64,000 nt of DNA, from assembly GCA_049611425.1 (NCBI GenBank), contig JBMZAN010000006.1:9478-73477 (forward strand), given 5' to 3'. The stretch comes from Opitutales bacterium. Lineage in GTDB: Bacteria; Verrucomicrobiota; Verrucomicrobiia; Opitutales; Coraliomargaritaceae. Numbering within the stretch: position 1 is the stretch's first letter; every line of letters starts with the position of its first letter. Positions 52,857 through 62,621 of this stretch are shown here, piece by piece. The position numbers and the translations under genes were made by a program. The notes beneath the pieces were generated by a model that had not been told where the DNA came from, did not search any database, and saw only the letters and a program-made list of their open reading frames with translations.

Positions 52857-53546
52857 TCAATCGCTGCGAGGCGCGGTTTGTATCGCAGGCTTCAAGAAGG
52901 CCACATGATCGGCGGCCAAGCTCCCACGGAAAGACATGTCCGGCATAACCAAAGCTCGTCTCCCGAGAATCGATCCCGGATTTAGCACCGCGTTGCAACC
53001 CGCTTCCGCCCCGTCGCCAACCAATGCCCCGAGTTTTCTAAGACCGGAATCAATCCGGGAACCATCCGGCAACTGCACGGGCACGTTCGCCTGATCCAGT
53101 CGGAGATTCGAACAAATCACACCCGCACCCAGATGGACCTTGTTACCCAGAATGGAATCACCAACGTAACTGAAGTGTGGCACCTGCACACCATCCAACA
53201 GCAGGCAGTTCTTGAACTCGCAAGAGTTGCCCAGTACGCAGTTCCTTCCTGCTATAACATTGCCGCGAATGTAAGCACCGGGCCGTATCTCGCAACCCGC
53301 TGCGACGTATACCGGCCCCGTAATCGAACAGAACGGCGGCAACTTGACCGAGGGGTGAATGTAGACCGCACCCTGAACCGAGCAACCCGGCGGAATTTCC
53401 CATGCATAGTGGAAATGACTGGCATTCAAATTGGCCAATGCTTGCTTGATCAAAGCAACCCATTCCCAAGGCGTGAGATCGGGTTTGAAAACATCCGCAA
53501 AAGGCAGGGAATCGGGAAAATCAAAGAGATCACTCGCAGTTAACAT
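52857..53546 (-). CDS. Stand-alone left-handed beta-helix protein (GlmU C-terminal acetyltransferase-like)
   Basis: IRPGAYIRG, GNSCEFKN, PHFSYVGDSILG, LGAGVICSN, RKLGALVGD. Confidence 0.85.
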   Translation of the reverse strand: MLTASDLFDFPDSLPFADVFKPDLTPWEWVALIKQALANLNASHFHYAWEIPPGCSVQGAVYIHPSVKLPPFCSITGPVYVAAGCEIRPGAYIRGNVIAGRNCVLGNSCEFKNCLLLDGVQVPHFSYVGDSILGNKVHLGAGVICSNLRLDQANVPVQLPDGSRIDSGLRKLGALVGDGAEAGCNAVLNPGSILGRRALVMPDMSFRGSLAADHVAFLKPAIQTAPRSD

Positions 53547-53739
53547 ATTTCGAATCCTAGCAGTCATCAAACACAGGTGAACTAAAAAAGAACCCGCCAA
53601 ACTCAGTTTGTCCATAGATCAGGCAAAGGATCACAGATAAAGCAAATATCGCCCACGCGGAAGCGCTGGCCCGTCTGCATCACCTGCGAATACTACATTT
53701 TTGCTGGATTAAGTCTTTATTTTCGTATCCCTGAGACGC

Positions 53740-55041
53740 TTGCACGACGTTAAAGAGAAACCACGCATGGTCGAACGGGCCATGCTTATCGGCATCACCC
53801 TTCCCGGCGAGGACGAGCGGACGACCCGTGGACTGCTCGATGAGTTGCGCGAGCTTGTCACGACGCTTGAGATCGGGATAGCCCACGAACGCGAGCTCGC
53901 TATTCGCAAGCCTCAGGCCAAATTCCTCGTCGGTTCGGGCAAGGCCGAAGAGTTGATCGACGAGGCGAAGTCCAGGGAGTGCGACGTTATCATTTTCGAC
54001 AATGAGCTCACGCCCGCACAGCAACGCAACTGGGAACAAGCGGCCGACGACAAGATCCTCGTGATCGACCGCCAGGAAGTGATTCTCGATATTTTCGGCA
54101 AGCGCGCTCAGACGAAGGAGGCCGTCCTTCAGGTCGAGCTCGCCCGACTCGAATACAATTTGCCACGCCTGAAGAGCGCGTGGACACACCTCAGCCGTCA
54201 GCGTGGCGGCGGCGCCATGCAGCGCGACGCGGGTGAGACCCAACTCGAGCTCGACCAACGCATGGTCCGCACCCAAATCTCGCGGGTGAAGCGTGAGCTG
54301 GAGAGCGTCATCCAACACCGTGAGGTGCAGCGCAAGAAACGCATGACCGTCCCGGTGCCGACCTGCGCCATTGTCGGTTACACCAATGCCGGCAAGTCCT
54401 CGCTGCTCAATAAGCTAACGAATTCCGACATCCTCGCCGAGGACAAGCTCTTCGCCACCCTCGATCCGACATCGCGACGCTGCCCGCTTCCATCCGGCCA
54501 GCCACTCGTTGTGACCGACACGGTCGGCTTCGTCCGCAACCTACCCCACCGCTTGGTCGACGCCTTCAAAGCGACCCTCGAAGAAGCCATCGTGTCGAAC
54601 TTCCTGATCCACGTCCTGGACGTCAATAGCCCGGATGTCGAGGCACATGCCCAGACCACCCTGAACGTGCTCGGCGAACTCGGCGCGAAGGAAAAGAAAA
54701 TGATTACGGTCTTTAACAAGATCGATGCCCTTTGGGATGAAAGCACACGGCATGAGCTCTCCATCCGCTTTCCTCATGCCCACTTCATCAGTGCCCACAC
54801 CGGTGAGGGGCTTGAGCCTCTCCTCGACAAAATGGAGGCCATCATTGAGGAGGACTTTGCCCAACTGAAACTACTCATCCCACACGATCGTTATGACATC
54901 GTCGCCCGTCTCCACCGCGAAGGCGGCGTCCGCAGGGAAGAAGTGGGCGATGAAGGCATCTACATTACCGGATCCGTGCCGGACCGTCTCATGAGTCTGG
55001 TCGCGCCCTTTGTCGTGAACAACGCGTCCTCGCTGAACTGA
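53740..55041 (+). CDS. hflX: Ribosome-splitting GTPase HflX
   Basis: ELTPAQQRN, QVELARLEY, GETQLELD, GYTNAGKSS, LFATLDPT, DTVGF, NKID. Confidence 0.96.
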   Translation: MHDVKEKPRMVERAMLIGITLPGEDERTTRGLLDELRELVTTLEIGIAHERELAIRKPQAKFLVGSGKAEELIDEAKSRECDVIIFDNELTPAQQRNWEQAADDKILVIDRQEVILDIFGKRAQTKEAVLQVELARLEYNLPRLKSAWTHLSRQRGGGAMQRDAGETQLELDQRMVRTQISRVKRELESVIQHREVQRKKRMTVPVPTCAIVGYTNAGKSSLLNKLTNSDILAEDKLFATLDPTSRRCPLPSGQPLVVTDTVGFVRNLPHRLVDAFKATLEEAIVSNFLIHVLDVNSPDVEAHAQTTLNVLGELGAKEKKMITVFNKIDALWDESTRHELSIRFPHAHFISAHTGEGLEPLLDKMEAIIEEDFAQLKLLIPHDRYDIVARLHREGGVRREEVGDEGIYITGSVPDRLMSLVAPFVVNNASSLN

Positions 55042-55197
55042 GCGGGCGACGACCGTGTCCGCGAAACAAGCACGGATCGCTCATCCGGACAGCCGGCAGC
55101 TACCACTCTCATAAGCCGGTGTCGATACCGCTTGACCGTGGTATCGGCCCTTCTAAGGTGTTGCCGACAATCGAACGCTTATCGCGAACGCCTATAC

Positions 55198-56190
55198 ATG
55201 AAGCTCTATCGCAACCTACTCCCCATTGTAGCCGTCAGCTTACTTGCAACCGGGGGCAGCGCCCCGGCTCAGGATCAGGATCCGGAGCTCCTTCGGCTCG
55301 GCAACGGGATTGCCGCCGTTGCCGAAGGTGAAATCATCACGCTTCAGGAACTCCGTCGCGAGCTCGAACCGATCATCCCGCGCCTGCGGGTCGAGTCGAA
55401 GAACGCACAGGAGTTTGCGCAGCGGGTCGAGAAACTCAGCCGTGAGGTGCTGCAAAACATGATCGATCGAGTCATCATCGTGAAGGCAGCGGAGGAGAAG
55501 GGGCTACTCATCCCCCAGTCCTACATCGATCAGGAATATGATGATGTGATCGCGCGGGACTTTGGCGGCGACCGTGGTCGCTTCCTCAGCTACCTTCGCA
55601 GCCGTGGCGAGACAGCCCGCGATTTCCGCAAAGACATTTACCAGCGCGTTGTCGTCAATGTGATGCGCCAACAAAACCGCAAGTCCCAGTCCGAGATCAG
55701 TCCGGAGCGGATTGAGGAATTTTACGTGCAGAACAAGGTCCGCTTCTACCAGTCGGAGGCCCTTCACCTCAGGCAGATTATTCTCACACCCATGGCAGAC
55801 GAGGGACTCGTGCCGCTGCGCCAAACCGCCAAACAAGTGATTTCGGAGCTGGATTCCGGAGCGAACTTCGGCGACATCGCACGCAAGTACAGCCAAGACG
55901 ATATGAGCCGTCGCGGTGGGGACTGGGGCTGGATTGAGCGCAAAGACATTCGTCAGGAGCTCAGCAACGCCGCCTTCAAGCTCAATCCCGGCGAGTACAG
56001 CCAGCCGATCGAGCTCAATGACACAATTTTCATCCTCTACGCCGAGCGTAAGCGTGAAGAAATGATCCAACCCATATCAGAGGTGCGTGACATCATTGAG
56101 AACGTGCTGGTCGGGGAGATTGCCCGCGAAACGCAAGAACGCTGGCTGCAGGACGTGCGCAACGAATCCTACATCCGCTACTACATGTAG
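55198..56190 (+). CDS. SurA/PpiC-type periplasmic peptidyl-prolyl isomerase
   Basis: Signal peptide, [11 protein letters not shown], parvulin motifs [24 protein letters not shown]. Confidence 0.88.
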   Translation: MKLYRNLLPIVAVSLLATGGSAPAQDQDPELLRLGNGIAAVAEGEIITLQELRRELEPIIPRLRVESKNAQEFAQRVEKLSREVLQNMIDRVIIVKAAEEKGLLIPQSYIDQEYDDVIARDFGGDRGRFLSYLRSRGETARDFRKDIYQRVVVNVMRQQNRKSQSEISPERIEEFYVQNKVRFYQSEALHLRQIILTPMADEGLVPLRQTAKQVISELDSGANFGDIARKYSQDDMSRRGGDWGWIERKDIRQELSNAAFKLNPGEYSQPIELNDTIFILYAERKREEMIQPISEVRDIIENVLVGEIARETQERWLQDVRNESYIRYYM

Positions 56191-56213
56191 CCCACGCCTG
56201 TGAGTGGCTCGGC

Positions 56214-57338
56214 TCAGCCTTCAAGACCGGCCTCGCTGAGTAAGGATTCGACCCGTTCTTCGAGTTCCCTGGTGTCTTCAAAGTCGCTCAGAAAGCCCAC
56301 CAGTCTGTGCATGTATTGATGCTTCTTGTCATCATTCAGACAGGCTTCAAACAAACGACCCAGCGCGCGAGCCGCGTTGAAGTATGCGGGGTTCACCCGG
56401 AGGATGCGTAAGCGCAATATCTCATAGCGCGCTTCGATGACAGAGCGCACCTCCGGATCCTGACGCCGCAGCCACAAATTGCCTAGGTTCAGCCCCTCGA
56501 TACCGGCGCCATCAAGCTTCGACAATTCGGATATCCAGAAGCGCGAAGACTCCATTGATTCCATAAGATCATTCTCGGGCACCATAAGTTGCGCCACCGA
56601 GGCACGCCACCAACCCGCCAAGTCCACAGGCTCAGAAACCGGGTCCTCCGGTTGAATCAACGACCCTACCGAATCACTGATAGCGACACCCGCCAAGGAC
56701 TGCAGCATCAGGCGTCTGAGCTCAAGTCTGGTGACCCCGCTCCGCTCCAAGGCAAGGAGAAAGCCATAGCCATTCGCATCGAATACACTATCCGTCCATT
56801 TCCGCTGGAGAACAGCGTCCACACTTGGCAACGCCCGGAGATCAAACCAGCGCACCAAGTCCAGCGCTTCAGCCGGCCGAAGACTCAAATAGACCTTGGT
56901 GCCGATCGCTGCGGCGGGCCAATCGGGCAAGGCGCCCAAGCCGTGCTCACCGTAGTTAAAATATGCATAGCGGACCATCAGCGCCTCCGCCAAAGCACGA
57001 CAGGTCGTGCGCAAGCTCAAGTCGTCCTCCCAACGTAGATCAAGACTCACAAAGCCACCTTCGCCCCATTTGATCCGATACATGCCATCAAAATCCACAT
57101 AGGCCTCCGGCTTCAGGCTGACCAGGATACGCTGGGGAAATAACAGACCGGATTGATCGAGATAGCGTGCGGCCACATCCACCAGATGCCTGCTGAGCTC
57201 GTCCACATAGCTGACCGATCGGCGATCCAAGCCAACCACTTCAAACTGCGTATTTTCTGCCGTATTCAGGCGTCCTTGCGCATCAAGCGGCCCCGCCACC
57301 ACGAACAGGCATAGCATCAGAATGATCCGACCCATCAC
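56214..57338 (-). CDS. Hypothetical secreted protein
   Basis: 374 aa with signal peptide; overlaps the stop of the upstream gene. Confidence 0.75.
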   Translation of the reverse strand: MMGRIILMLCLFVVAGPLDAQGRLNTAENTQFEVVGLDRRSVSYVDELSRHLVDVAARYLDQSGLLFPQRILVSLKPEAYVDFDGMYRIKWGEGGFVSLDLRWEDDLSLRTTCRALAEALMVRYAYFNYGEHGLGALPDWPAAAIGTKVYLSLRPAEALDLVRWFDLRALPSVDAVLQRKWTDSVFDANGYGFLLALERSGVTRLELRRLMLQSLAGVAISDSVGSLIQPEDPVSEPVDLAGWWRASVAQLMVPENDLMESMESSRFWISELSKLDGAGIEGLNLGNLWLRRQDPEVRSVIEARYEILRLRILRVNPAYFNAARALGRLFEACLNDDKKHQYMHRLVGFLSDFEDTRELEERVESLLSEAGLEG

Positions 57339-58042
57339 AACAGACTGAGCTTCAGGCCACCCTCAGCGACCGCAACCGCGTCGACACGTGTCCAGGCTTC
57401 CCGAATCGCTTGAAACTCCTCCAAGTCCGCATAGCCGCGGAGGACTGTCTTCACGAGCAGCCCGCCGAACACAGCTGGCAAGGGCACTCTGGCACCCTCC
57501 AGCATAAGCTTCCGGATCTTAAAAGCGGCCGGCGCACCGCTGCCGTATCGGCCCGTCGCACTGATCATATATTCCTTCTCGAAACCATAGGCGCTGATCG
57601 TCGCAGGCAGGTTGACGTAGAAGACGCCGTCTTTCGTCACCGCCACATTCGGCTCGCCCGGTACGATGGTCATACCACCCGTATCATCTGTCGATGTCCG
57701 TCCGGGTACGGGACGGAACTGAGCGGCCAACCAGGCATTGATTTCCCCAGCGGACAGCACGAGCTCGCCCGCACCCCCATGGAGCAACTGTGCACGCTTC
57801 GCCGCCCACGAAGCGCTGCGCTGCACCGGCCCCTCAATGTAAAAAGCCTCTCCCGGAATCGGATCGGCCGTAGCACGGTCCTCGATCGACTTCGCCTGCT
57901 CGGCCATACTCGTGTAGACCTCCAGCGGAAAGGACGTCAGGTAGACCATGCCCAACAAAAGCCCGAAAAAAGCCATGATGACCGCCATAACACAGGCAGC
58001 GATTAGGCTCGGCTCCTTCTTCGCTTTAATTCCGGTGGGCAT
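57335..58042 (-). CDS. Hypothetical membrane-anchored protein
   Basis: One N-terminal TM helix; LVLSAGEINAWL motif. Confidence 0.75.
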   Translation of the reverse strand: MPTGIKAKKEPSLIAACVMAVIMAFFGLLLGMVYLTSFPLEVYTSMAEQAKSIEDRATADPIPGEAFYIEGPVQRSASWAAKRAQLLHGGAGELVLSAGEINAWLAAQFRPVPGRTSTDDTGGMTIVPGEPNVAVTKDGVFYVNLPATISAYGFEKEYMISATGRYGSGAPAAFKIRKLMLEGARVPLPAVFGGLLVKTVLRGYADLEEFQAIREAWTRVDAVAVAEGGLKLSLL

Positions 58043-58062
58043 ACTCGCTTCGGGTTAATCCA

Positions 58063-58671
58063 TTAAAATGCCATCGCACGGCCCTGCTCAAGGGCGCGAT
58101 ACGAAAGACTACTGTGAACGATCAAGATAAGGAAGCCAAAGAAGAGCGCAAAACCGTAGAGCGGTGCAGCCACGGCCAAGATCCCCGCAAAGGCCAGCGC
58201 CGGAATCATCAATCCTGGAAACGCCATAGAGGTCATGCGAATGATGAGCGAGACATCGAGCAGGTCCTTCAAATCCCTGCGCATATTATAACGGTAAAGC
58301 GCGGAGCTGAAGAGGACCGGCGAGAGCAAGAAGACGACCGATAGCAAGAGATAAGACAGCGCCAGCAAACCCACGCTCCAGATTAAGCGGGACACCAGGG
58401 CCGCAAGCAACACGGGTGCCAACCAATAGGCCAGCCAGACCACAGCAAACCTCAGCCCGTCAATAAAGAGCCCCTGCCAATCAGTCCATTCCGGCAGCGC
58501 CAGACGGCCCGTCTCGCGCACCCCACTCGAGAGCCGAAAAAGATACCCGAAGGCAAACAAGTTGAGCACGGGAACAAACGCGAGCAGCCCACCAATCAAG
58601 ACCTTACTCCAAAAACCGGGCAGCCCCAGAGTCCGGGCGAAAACTTCTTCGAATATTGGCGTTTCCTTCAT
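58063..58671 (-). CDS. DUF4013-family integral membrane protein
   Basis: KVLIGGLLAFVPVLNLFAFGY, LPEWTDW..LFIDGL. Confidence 0.78.
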   Translation of the reverse strand: MKETPIFEEVFARTLGLPGFWSKVLIGGLLAFVPVLNLFAFGYLFRLSSGVRETGRLALPEWTDWQGLFIDGLRFAVVWLAYWLAPVLLAALVSRLIWSVGLLALSYLLLSVVFLLSPVLFSSALYRYNMRRDLKDLLDVSLIIRMTSMAFPGLMIPALAFAGILAVAAPLYGFALFFGFLILIVHSSLSYRALEQGRAMAF

Positions 58672-58696
58672 AAAAATCTTCGCCCAAGCTAAGTCC

Positions 58697-59581
58697 GTGA
58701 ATCAGGCATTAAAAGAAAAATTAGCCGCTTGCCGTGAGCAGGTCGAAGTCGGCATCGACGCACTCCTGCCACCCGCAGACACCCGCCCCGCCAACTTGCA
58801 CGCCGCCATGCGCTACTCGATGGAGGCTGGAGGCAAGCGTTTACGCCCCGTCCTACTCATCCTCGCCAGTGAGCTCTTCCCAACAGGACACAAGCCCATC
58901 GCTGCCGCCGTCGCCATCGAATGCCTGCACACCTACACTCTCATCCACGACGATTTACCGTCCATTGACGATAGCGAGCTACGTCGTGGCCGCCCCGCCT
59001 GCCATAAACAGTTCGACGAGGCCACCGCCCTACTCGCCGGTGACGGCCTACTCACCTACGCCTTCCAAATTCTCGCCACCGCTTATACCAAGGCACCCAA
59101 ACTCGCCACCGCGCTCATCGCCGACCTTGCCAACGCCAGCGGCAGCACCCGTCTCATCGGCGGCCAGATGGAAGACATCGAGAACGAAGGCCGGCCGATC
59201 GATGCCAGCACCCTGCAATTCATTCACGAAAACAAGACAGCCGCCCTCCTCACCGCCGCCCTCACCATGGGCCTGACCTTCTCCGGGCCCAGTCAGGCAC
59301 AAGTCCAGAAAATGCTCCAGGTCGGCTACCACCTCGGGATGGCCTTTCAAATCATTGACGACATACTCGACGCCACCTCCGACCCCGAAACGATGGGAAA
59401 ACCCGTCGGCAACGATGCCGCGGCCGACAAATCCACCTACGTCGCGCTCCACGGCATCGATGGCGCACGCCAAGAGGCCCGGCGCCATACCCGGACCGCG
59501 ATCGAATCCACCGAAGCGCTCGGCGGCAACAATGCCCTTCTTATCGCACTCATCCGAGAAATGGGTGAACGCATGTATTAG
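58697..59581 (+). CDS. ispA: Polyprenyl (farnesyl/geranylgeranyl) diphosphate synthase
   Basis: GGKRLRP, LIHDDLPSIDDSELRRG, GGQMED, FQIIDDILD; GTG start inferred at 58697. Confidence 0.92.
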   Translation: MNQALKEKLAACREQVEVGIDALLPPADTRPANLHAAMRYSMEAGGKRLRPVLLILASELFPTGHKPIAAAVAIECLHTYTLIHDDLPSIDDSELRRGRPACHKQFDEATALLAGDGLLTYAFQILATAYTKAPKLATALIADLANASGSTRLIGGQMEDIENEGRPIDASTLQFIHENKTAALLTAALTMGLTFSGPSQAQVQKMLQVGYHLGMAFQIIDDILDATSDPETMGKPVGNDAAADKSTYVALHGIDGARQEARRHTRTAIESTEALGGNNALLIALIREMGERMY

Positions 59582-59825
59582 CAAAACCCTCCCCCCGCCT
59601 TCAGCAAAGCGATCAATGATGAATCCATGTAAGCGAAGCTATCTTCTGAGAAAATCTGGATTCGTCCTGTCCACGATTCCGGCACTTGGCTCCCTGGCGG
59701 GGCCTGGTACCTGCTCTCATTAATCCTGCGGCCTATGTCGGGCTGCTGCTTGCAGCAGGCCGAGCCTGTTCATCAGGCGGAGACGCCGGAAAAAGCGGAG
59801 AAAGCGGCGTGCTTACACCGGGGCC

Positions 59826-61025
59826 TCAGTCAACAAAACTGGCACTGGAGGCATCACCGAAGCCGGGCTGGTGCAAGGCACTGACCTTACCGGTCTCGGA
59901 ATCGACAATCATGAGGCGCGTGCGGCCGCCCTCGCGCTTGGTGAAGACGAGGTGACGACCATCACTGAGCCAAGCCGGCTCAACCGAGCTGGCGCCTTGG
60001 GTGATTTGCCGGCTGCTGCGGGTCCTGAAGTCGTAGACGGCAATTTGGAAGCCTCCATCCATGGATGCGGTGAAGGCGATCTTACCGGGATCGACCGGGT
60101 TCCACACGGGCTCGGAGCAGTAGCGGCTGATATTGGTCTGGATGCGCTGCGGTGCGCCTCCCTTCAAGGAAATGTAGTAAAGCTGCGGCTTGCCGGCTGC
60201 ATCAGAAGTGTAGACCAGCCTTTGGCCGTCGGGGGACCAGCTTGGGCTGGCCTCGAGGCTCTTGTTCGTGGTCAGTCGGCGCAAGTTGCGGCCCCCGGTA
60301 TCGGCGATGTAGATTTCGGAATTTCCGGTGCCGGAAAGCGCCATGGCAATGCGGCGGCCATCCGGACTGTAAGCCCCACCGGTGTTGGTACCCTTGAAGT
60401 TTGCAATGGGCTCCTTCCGCCCGGTCTTCAGATTGATCGAGTAGATGTCCGGGAAGCCGGTCTTGTAGTAGGTGGTGTAGAGGAGACGGCTACCATCCGG
60501 CGACCATCTCGGACCAGTGGCCAGAGAGCGATCGCGGGTCAATGGGCGCACCCGGCTGAAAAGCAGGTCACTGGTGTAAATTTCGGCGACCCCGCGCTGT
60601 TTGCCCACAAAGGCAAGCTTCCCGGCAAAGAAGCCCTTTGTCCTCAGAGTGGCCTCCACCACTAGGTCGCAGGCGCGCAGAACGGCATTCTGAAAATCAC
60701 GGCCCGGTACGGTGCGGCGAAGCTGTTCCTGATAGGGCTGGCCTGAACCTACGGTGAGCAGCGCGGCCTCATCGCCCCCGCTACGCTCGATCCTGACGAT
60801 GAATGCGGCTTGGGCGGGTGCAGTCAGAGTGATGCCACCGTGGAGCCCGAATGCACGGCGAGCCAGAGTGCGGATCGCGGGATCGGAACTCTCGACAGCC
60901 AGCGCGACCTTCCCCTCTCCCGCCCGAACCGCTTCTCCGATGTCAATTGTCTGGGCTGCTGAAAGGGTCGGCGCGAGCCCCACAACAAGCAGGACGGGTA
61001 GAAGAAAAACGGCAGAAATACGCAT
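59826..61025 (-). CDS. tolB: TolB-family beta-propeller protein
   Basis: Signal peptide; repeated PD40 motifs (PRWSPDG, YSPDG, PSWSPDG, PVWNP, PAWLSDG). Confidence 0.85.
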   Translation of the reverse strand: MRISAVFLLPVLLVVGLAPTLSAAQTIDIGEAVRAGEGKVALAVESSDPAIRTLARRAFGLHGGITLTAPAQAAFIVRIERSGGDEAALLTVGSGQPYQEQLRRTVPGRDFQNAVLRACDLVVEATLRTKGFFAGKLAFVGKQRGVAEIYTSDLLFSRVRPLTRDRSLATGPRWSPDGSRLLYTTYYKTGFPDIYSINLKTGRKEPIANFKGTNTGGAYSPDGRRIAMALSGTGNSEIYIADTGGRNLRRLTTNKSLEASPSWSPDGQRLVYTSDAAGKPQLYYISLKGGAPQRIQTNISRYCSEPVWNPVDPGKIAFTASMDGGFQIAVYDFRTRSSRQITQGASSVEPAWLSDGRHLVFTKREGGRTRLMIVDSETGKVSALHQPGFGDASSASFVD

Positions 61026-61172
61026 GTTCAATGAGATAGCGGAAAGGGCGCCTGTATCGCAAACGCAAATACGCGCGATCAGAAGAATTCTGTAACTCAA
61101 GAAAATGAGTCGTTACAGCTTGTGTCGGACGGCGAGCTTTCCACTCTGTTGCCCTTTAAACGATCTTCAGAC

Positions 61173-62255
61173 GTGAATAGCGACCCAATCAAAGACGCCC
61201 TCAAGCAAGTCAAATTTCCCGGCTTCAGCCGCGACATCGTATCCTTCGGCCTGGTGCGGGAAATCGAGTTGGATGACCATGGTCATGCGCTTGTCGGAAT
61301 CGAAATCACCACCGGCGATGACAGCGTGCCGGAAAAGATTGCCGCGGACGTCAAGGCGGCCGTCGGTAAGTTGGAAGGCATCACCGAGGTCAAGGTGCGC
61401 ATGGCGATCTCCAAGCCGCAGCAACAGCCTTCCCCTGCAGGCCCCGGCTCAGGCAACACCCAGCCGAATGGCTCGAGCACGATGCAGCAGGTAAAATATG
61501 CGATTGCCGTCGCCAGCGGCAAGGGGGGCGTGGGCAAGTCCACCGTTACGGTGAATCTCGCCTGTGCGCTGCAGCGTCTGCTTGAAGAGGCCGGCAAACC
61601 GGGCGTTGGCATTATGGATTGCGACATCTACGGCCCTTCCGTGCCGCTCATGCTAGGTGCTGCGGGACGTCCCGAGATCGCGAACGATTTGATTCTTCCA
61701 ATCGAGAACTTTGGCGTGCGAACCATGTCGATGGGCTTCCTCATCGACGAGGACACCCCGGTCGTTTGGCGCGGCCCGATGATCATGAAGACGATCCAGC
61801 AGTTTGCCCAAAACGTGGACTGGGGCGAATTGGAGATTCTGGTTGTGGACCTGCCACCGGGCACGGGCGACGCGCAGCTCTCACTCGTGCAAACCATCCC
61901 CCTGGAGGGTGCGGTCGTGGTAACGACACCGCAGCCGGCAGCCTTCAACGTGGCTCGCCGCGGTGCCCGCATGTTCGACAAGGTCAGCGTACCGATCCTC
62001 GGCGTGGTCGAGAATATGAGCTTCCTCGAAGGTCCGGATGGCAGCAAACAGACCCTGTTCGGCGAAGGGGGCGGCACAGAGACCGCAACGAGCCTCGAAA
62101 CCGATCTACTCGGCCAGATTCCCCTCGATCCGAACATCCGCATGGGCAGCGACCAGGGCATTCCTATCGTGGTGAGTGACCCGGAATCGCCCGCCGCTCA
62201 GGTATTTATGTCGGTCGCACGCCAGCTGCTCGACCAGCTTGTTAAAAAAAGGTAA
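61173..62255 (+). CDS. mrp: Mrp/ApbC/NBP35 Fe-S carrier ATPase
   Basis: N-terminal FeS_assembly_P domain (FSRDIVSFG), ASGKGGVGKST, DCDIYGPS, WRGPM, DLPPGTGD, ENMS. Confidence 0.92.
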   Translation: MNSDPIKDALKQVKFPGFSRDIVSFGLVREIELDDHGHALVGIEITTGDDSVPEKIAADVKAAVGKLEGITEVKVRMAISKPQQQPSPAGPGSGNTQPNGSSTMQQVKYAIAVASGKGGVGKSTVTVNLACALQRLLEEAGKPGVGIMDCDIYGPSVPLMLGAAGRPEIANDLILPIENFGVRTMSMGFLIDEDTPVVWRGPMIMKTIQQFAQNVDWGELEILVVDLPPGTGDAQLSLVQTIPLEGAVVVTTPQPAAFNVARRGARMFDKVSVPILGVVENMSFLEGPDGSKQTLFGEGGGTETATSLETDLLGQIPLDPNIRMGSDQGIPIVVSDPESPAAQVFMSVARQLLDQLVKKR

Positions 62256-62336
62256 ACGAATAGCCTTTTGGACTAGCCTAAATGGTCTTCACCGCTAGCG
62301 TGTGCGGCTTGTGATTCAAACGACCCGTTTAGCTGA

Positions 62337-62585
62337 ATGAGGCAGGACAAGAAAAAGATGAACAGCGCGACCGCAGCAGCCCACCCCAATCAAGACTTTG
62401 CCCAGCGCTCAAGTCTCTATCAGGAGTTTTTGGCCGAGCGTGAAGAAATCCTGAAGCATAAGTGGCTCGAATCCGAAAAGCTGGGTCAGGACATCGGATT
62501 TGAGCGTGCCCTGCTCGACTGGATTCGTAAACACCGCGAGAGCTGGCGCCAATCCCGCAAGACGGATTTAGGCGCAAAGAAGTAG
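62337..62585 (+). CDS. Small DUF4032-like protein
   Basis: FLAEREEILKHKWLESEKLGQDIGFERALLDW; start may be 62358. Confidence 0.8.
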   Translation: MRQDKKKMNSATAAAHPNQDFAQRSSLYQEFLAEREEILKHKWLESEKLGQDIGFERALLDWIRKHRESWRQSRKTDLGAKK

Positions 62586-62593
62586 CGTGGATT

Positions 62594-62615
62594 AAGACCG
62601 CCGGGGCGGTCTTTT
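62594..62615 (+). terminator. Hairpin terminator between the convergent DUF4032-like gene and metG
   Basis: AAGACCGC-cggg-GCGGTCTT followed by TT. Confidence 0.7.
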
Positions 62616-62621
62616 CTGACT

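Noticed and set aside
59582-59825. Short ORF MMNPCKRSYLLRKSGFVLS... resembling a prepilin leader
   Set aside because: It lacks the E+5 residue and the hydrophobic helix and stops after about 35 codons; chance or an unrecognisable remnant
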